This document shows positions 63,856 to 64,000 of a DNA stretch of 64,000 nt, in pieces. Made by a program: the position numbers and the translations under genes. Numbering within the stretch: the stretch's first letter is position 1; each line of letters opens with the position of its first letter. Below the pieces are notes generated by a model. It was not told the origin of the DNA, searched no databases, and saw nothing but the letters and a program-made list of their open reading frames with translations. Origin of the DNA: a virus; the IMG/VR virus record IMGVR_UViG_3300026257_000002, positions 68,523 through 132,522 of that record; one strand, 5' to 3'.

Positions 63856-64000
63856 GATAGTAAAAAATTGTTTTAATAGTGAATAGGGGGGATCTCACCC
63901 CATTATTAACATGCCATTGGCACATACTCAGAGCGATCCATTTTCTCGGTATTGTAGTCAGTAACTTCAGCACCGTTAGCAATACGCTCTGCCCACTCAT

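Overview
This window is from a T4-like cyanomyovirus (Kyanoviridae-type). It has three blocks. (1) 1-55095, minus strand: late structural module with gp25, gp6, a 4446-aa gp7-like protein, gp8, a 2520-aa DUF4815/VrlC-like protein, several fibre/adhesin genes, a PAAR protein and a glutaredoxin. TATAAATA late promoters punctuate this block. (2) 55214-57420, plus strand: an island of small genes including a NifU-C protein, followed by a possible pseudoknotted ncRNA and a G/T-skewed non-coding tract. (3) 57781-64000, minus strand: an early region of small genes (HicA-like, ArdA-like, KTSC-like), tRNA-Leu(UAA), and eight copies of a CAGTT-N4-AACTG promoter cassette. The most unusual observations are: recursive domain-inside-domain nesting in the gp7-like protein and in the PAAR-linked Gly-rich protein, which predicts branched fibres made from single chains; a truncated uvsX fragment between 31-bp direct repeats; and two more single-gene cassettes bounded by direct repeats. 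All family assignments come from motif recognition by eye. No database search was run.
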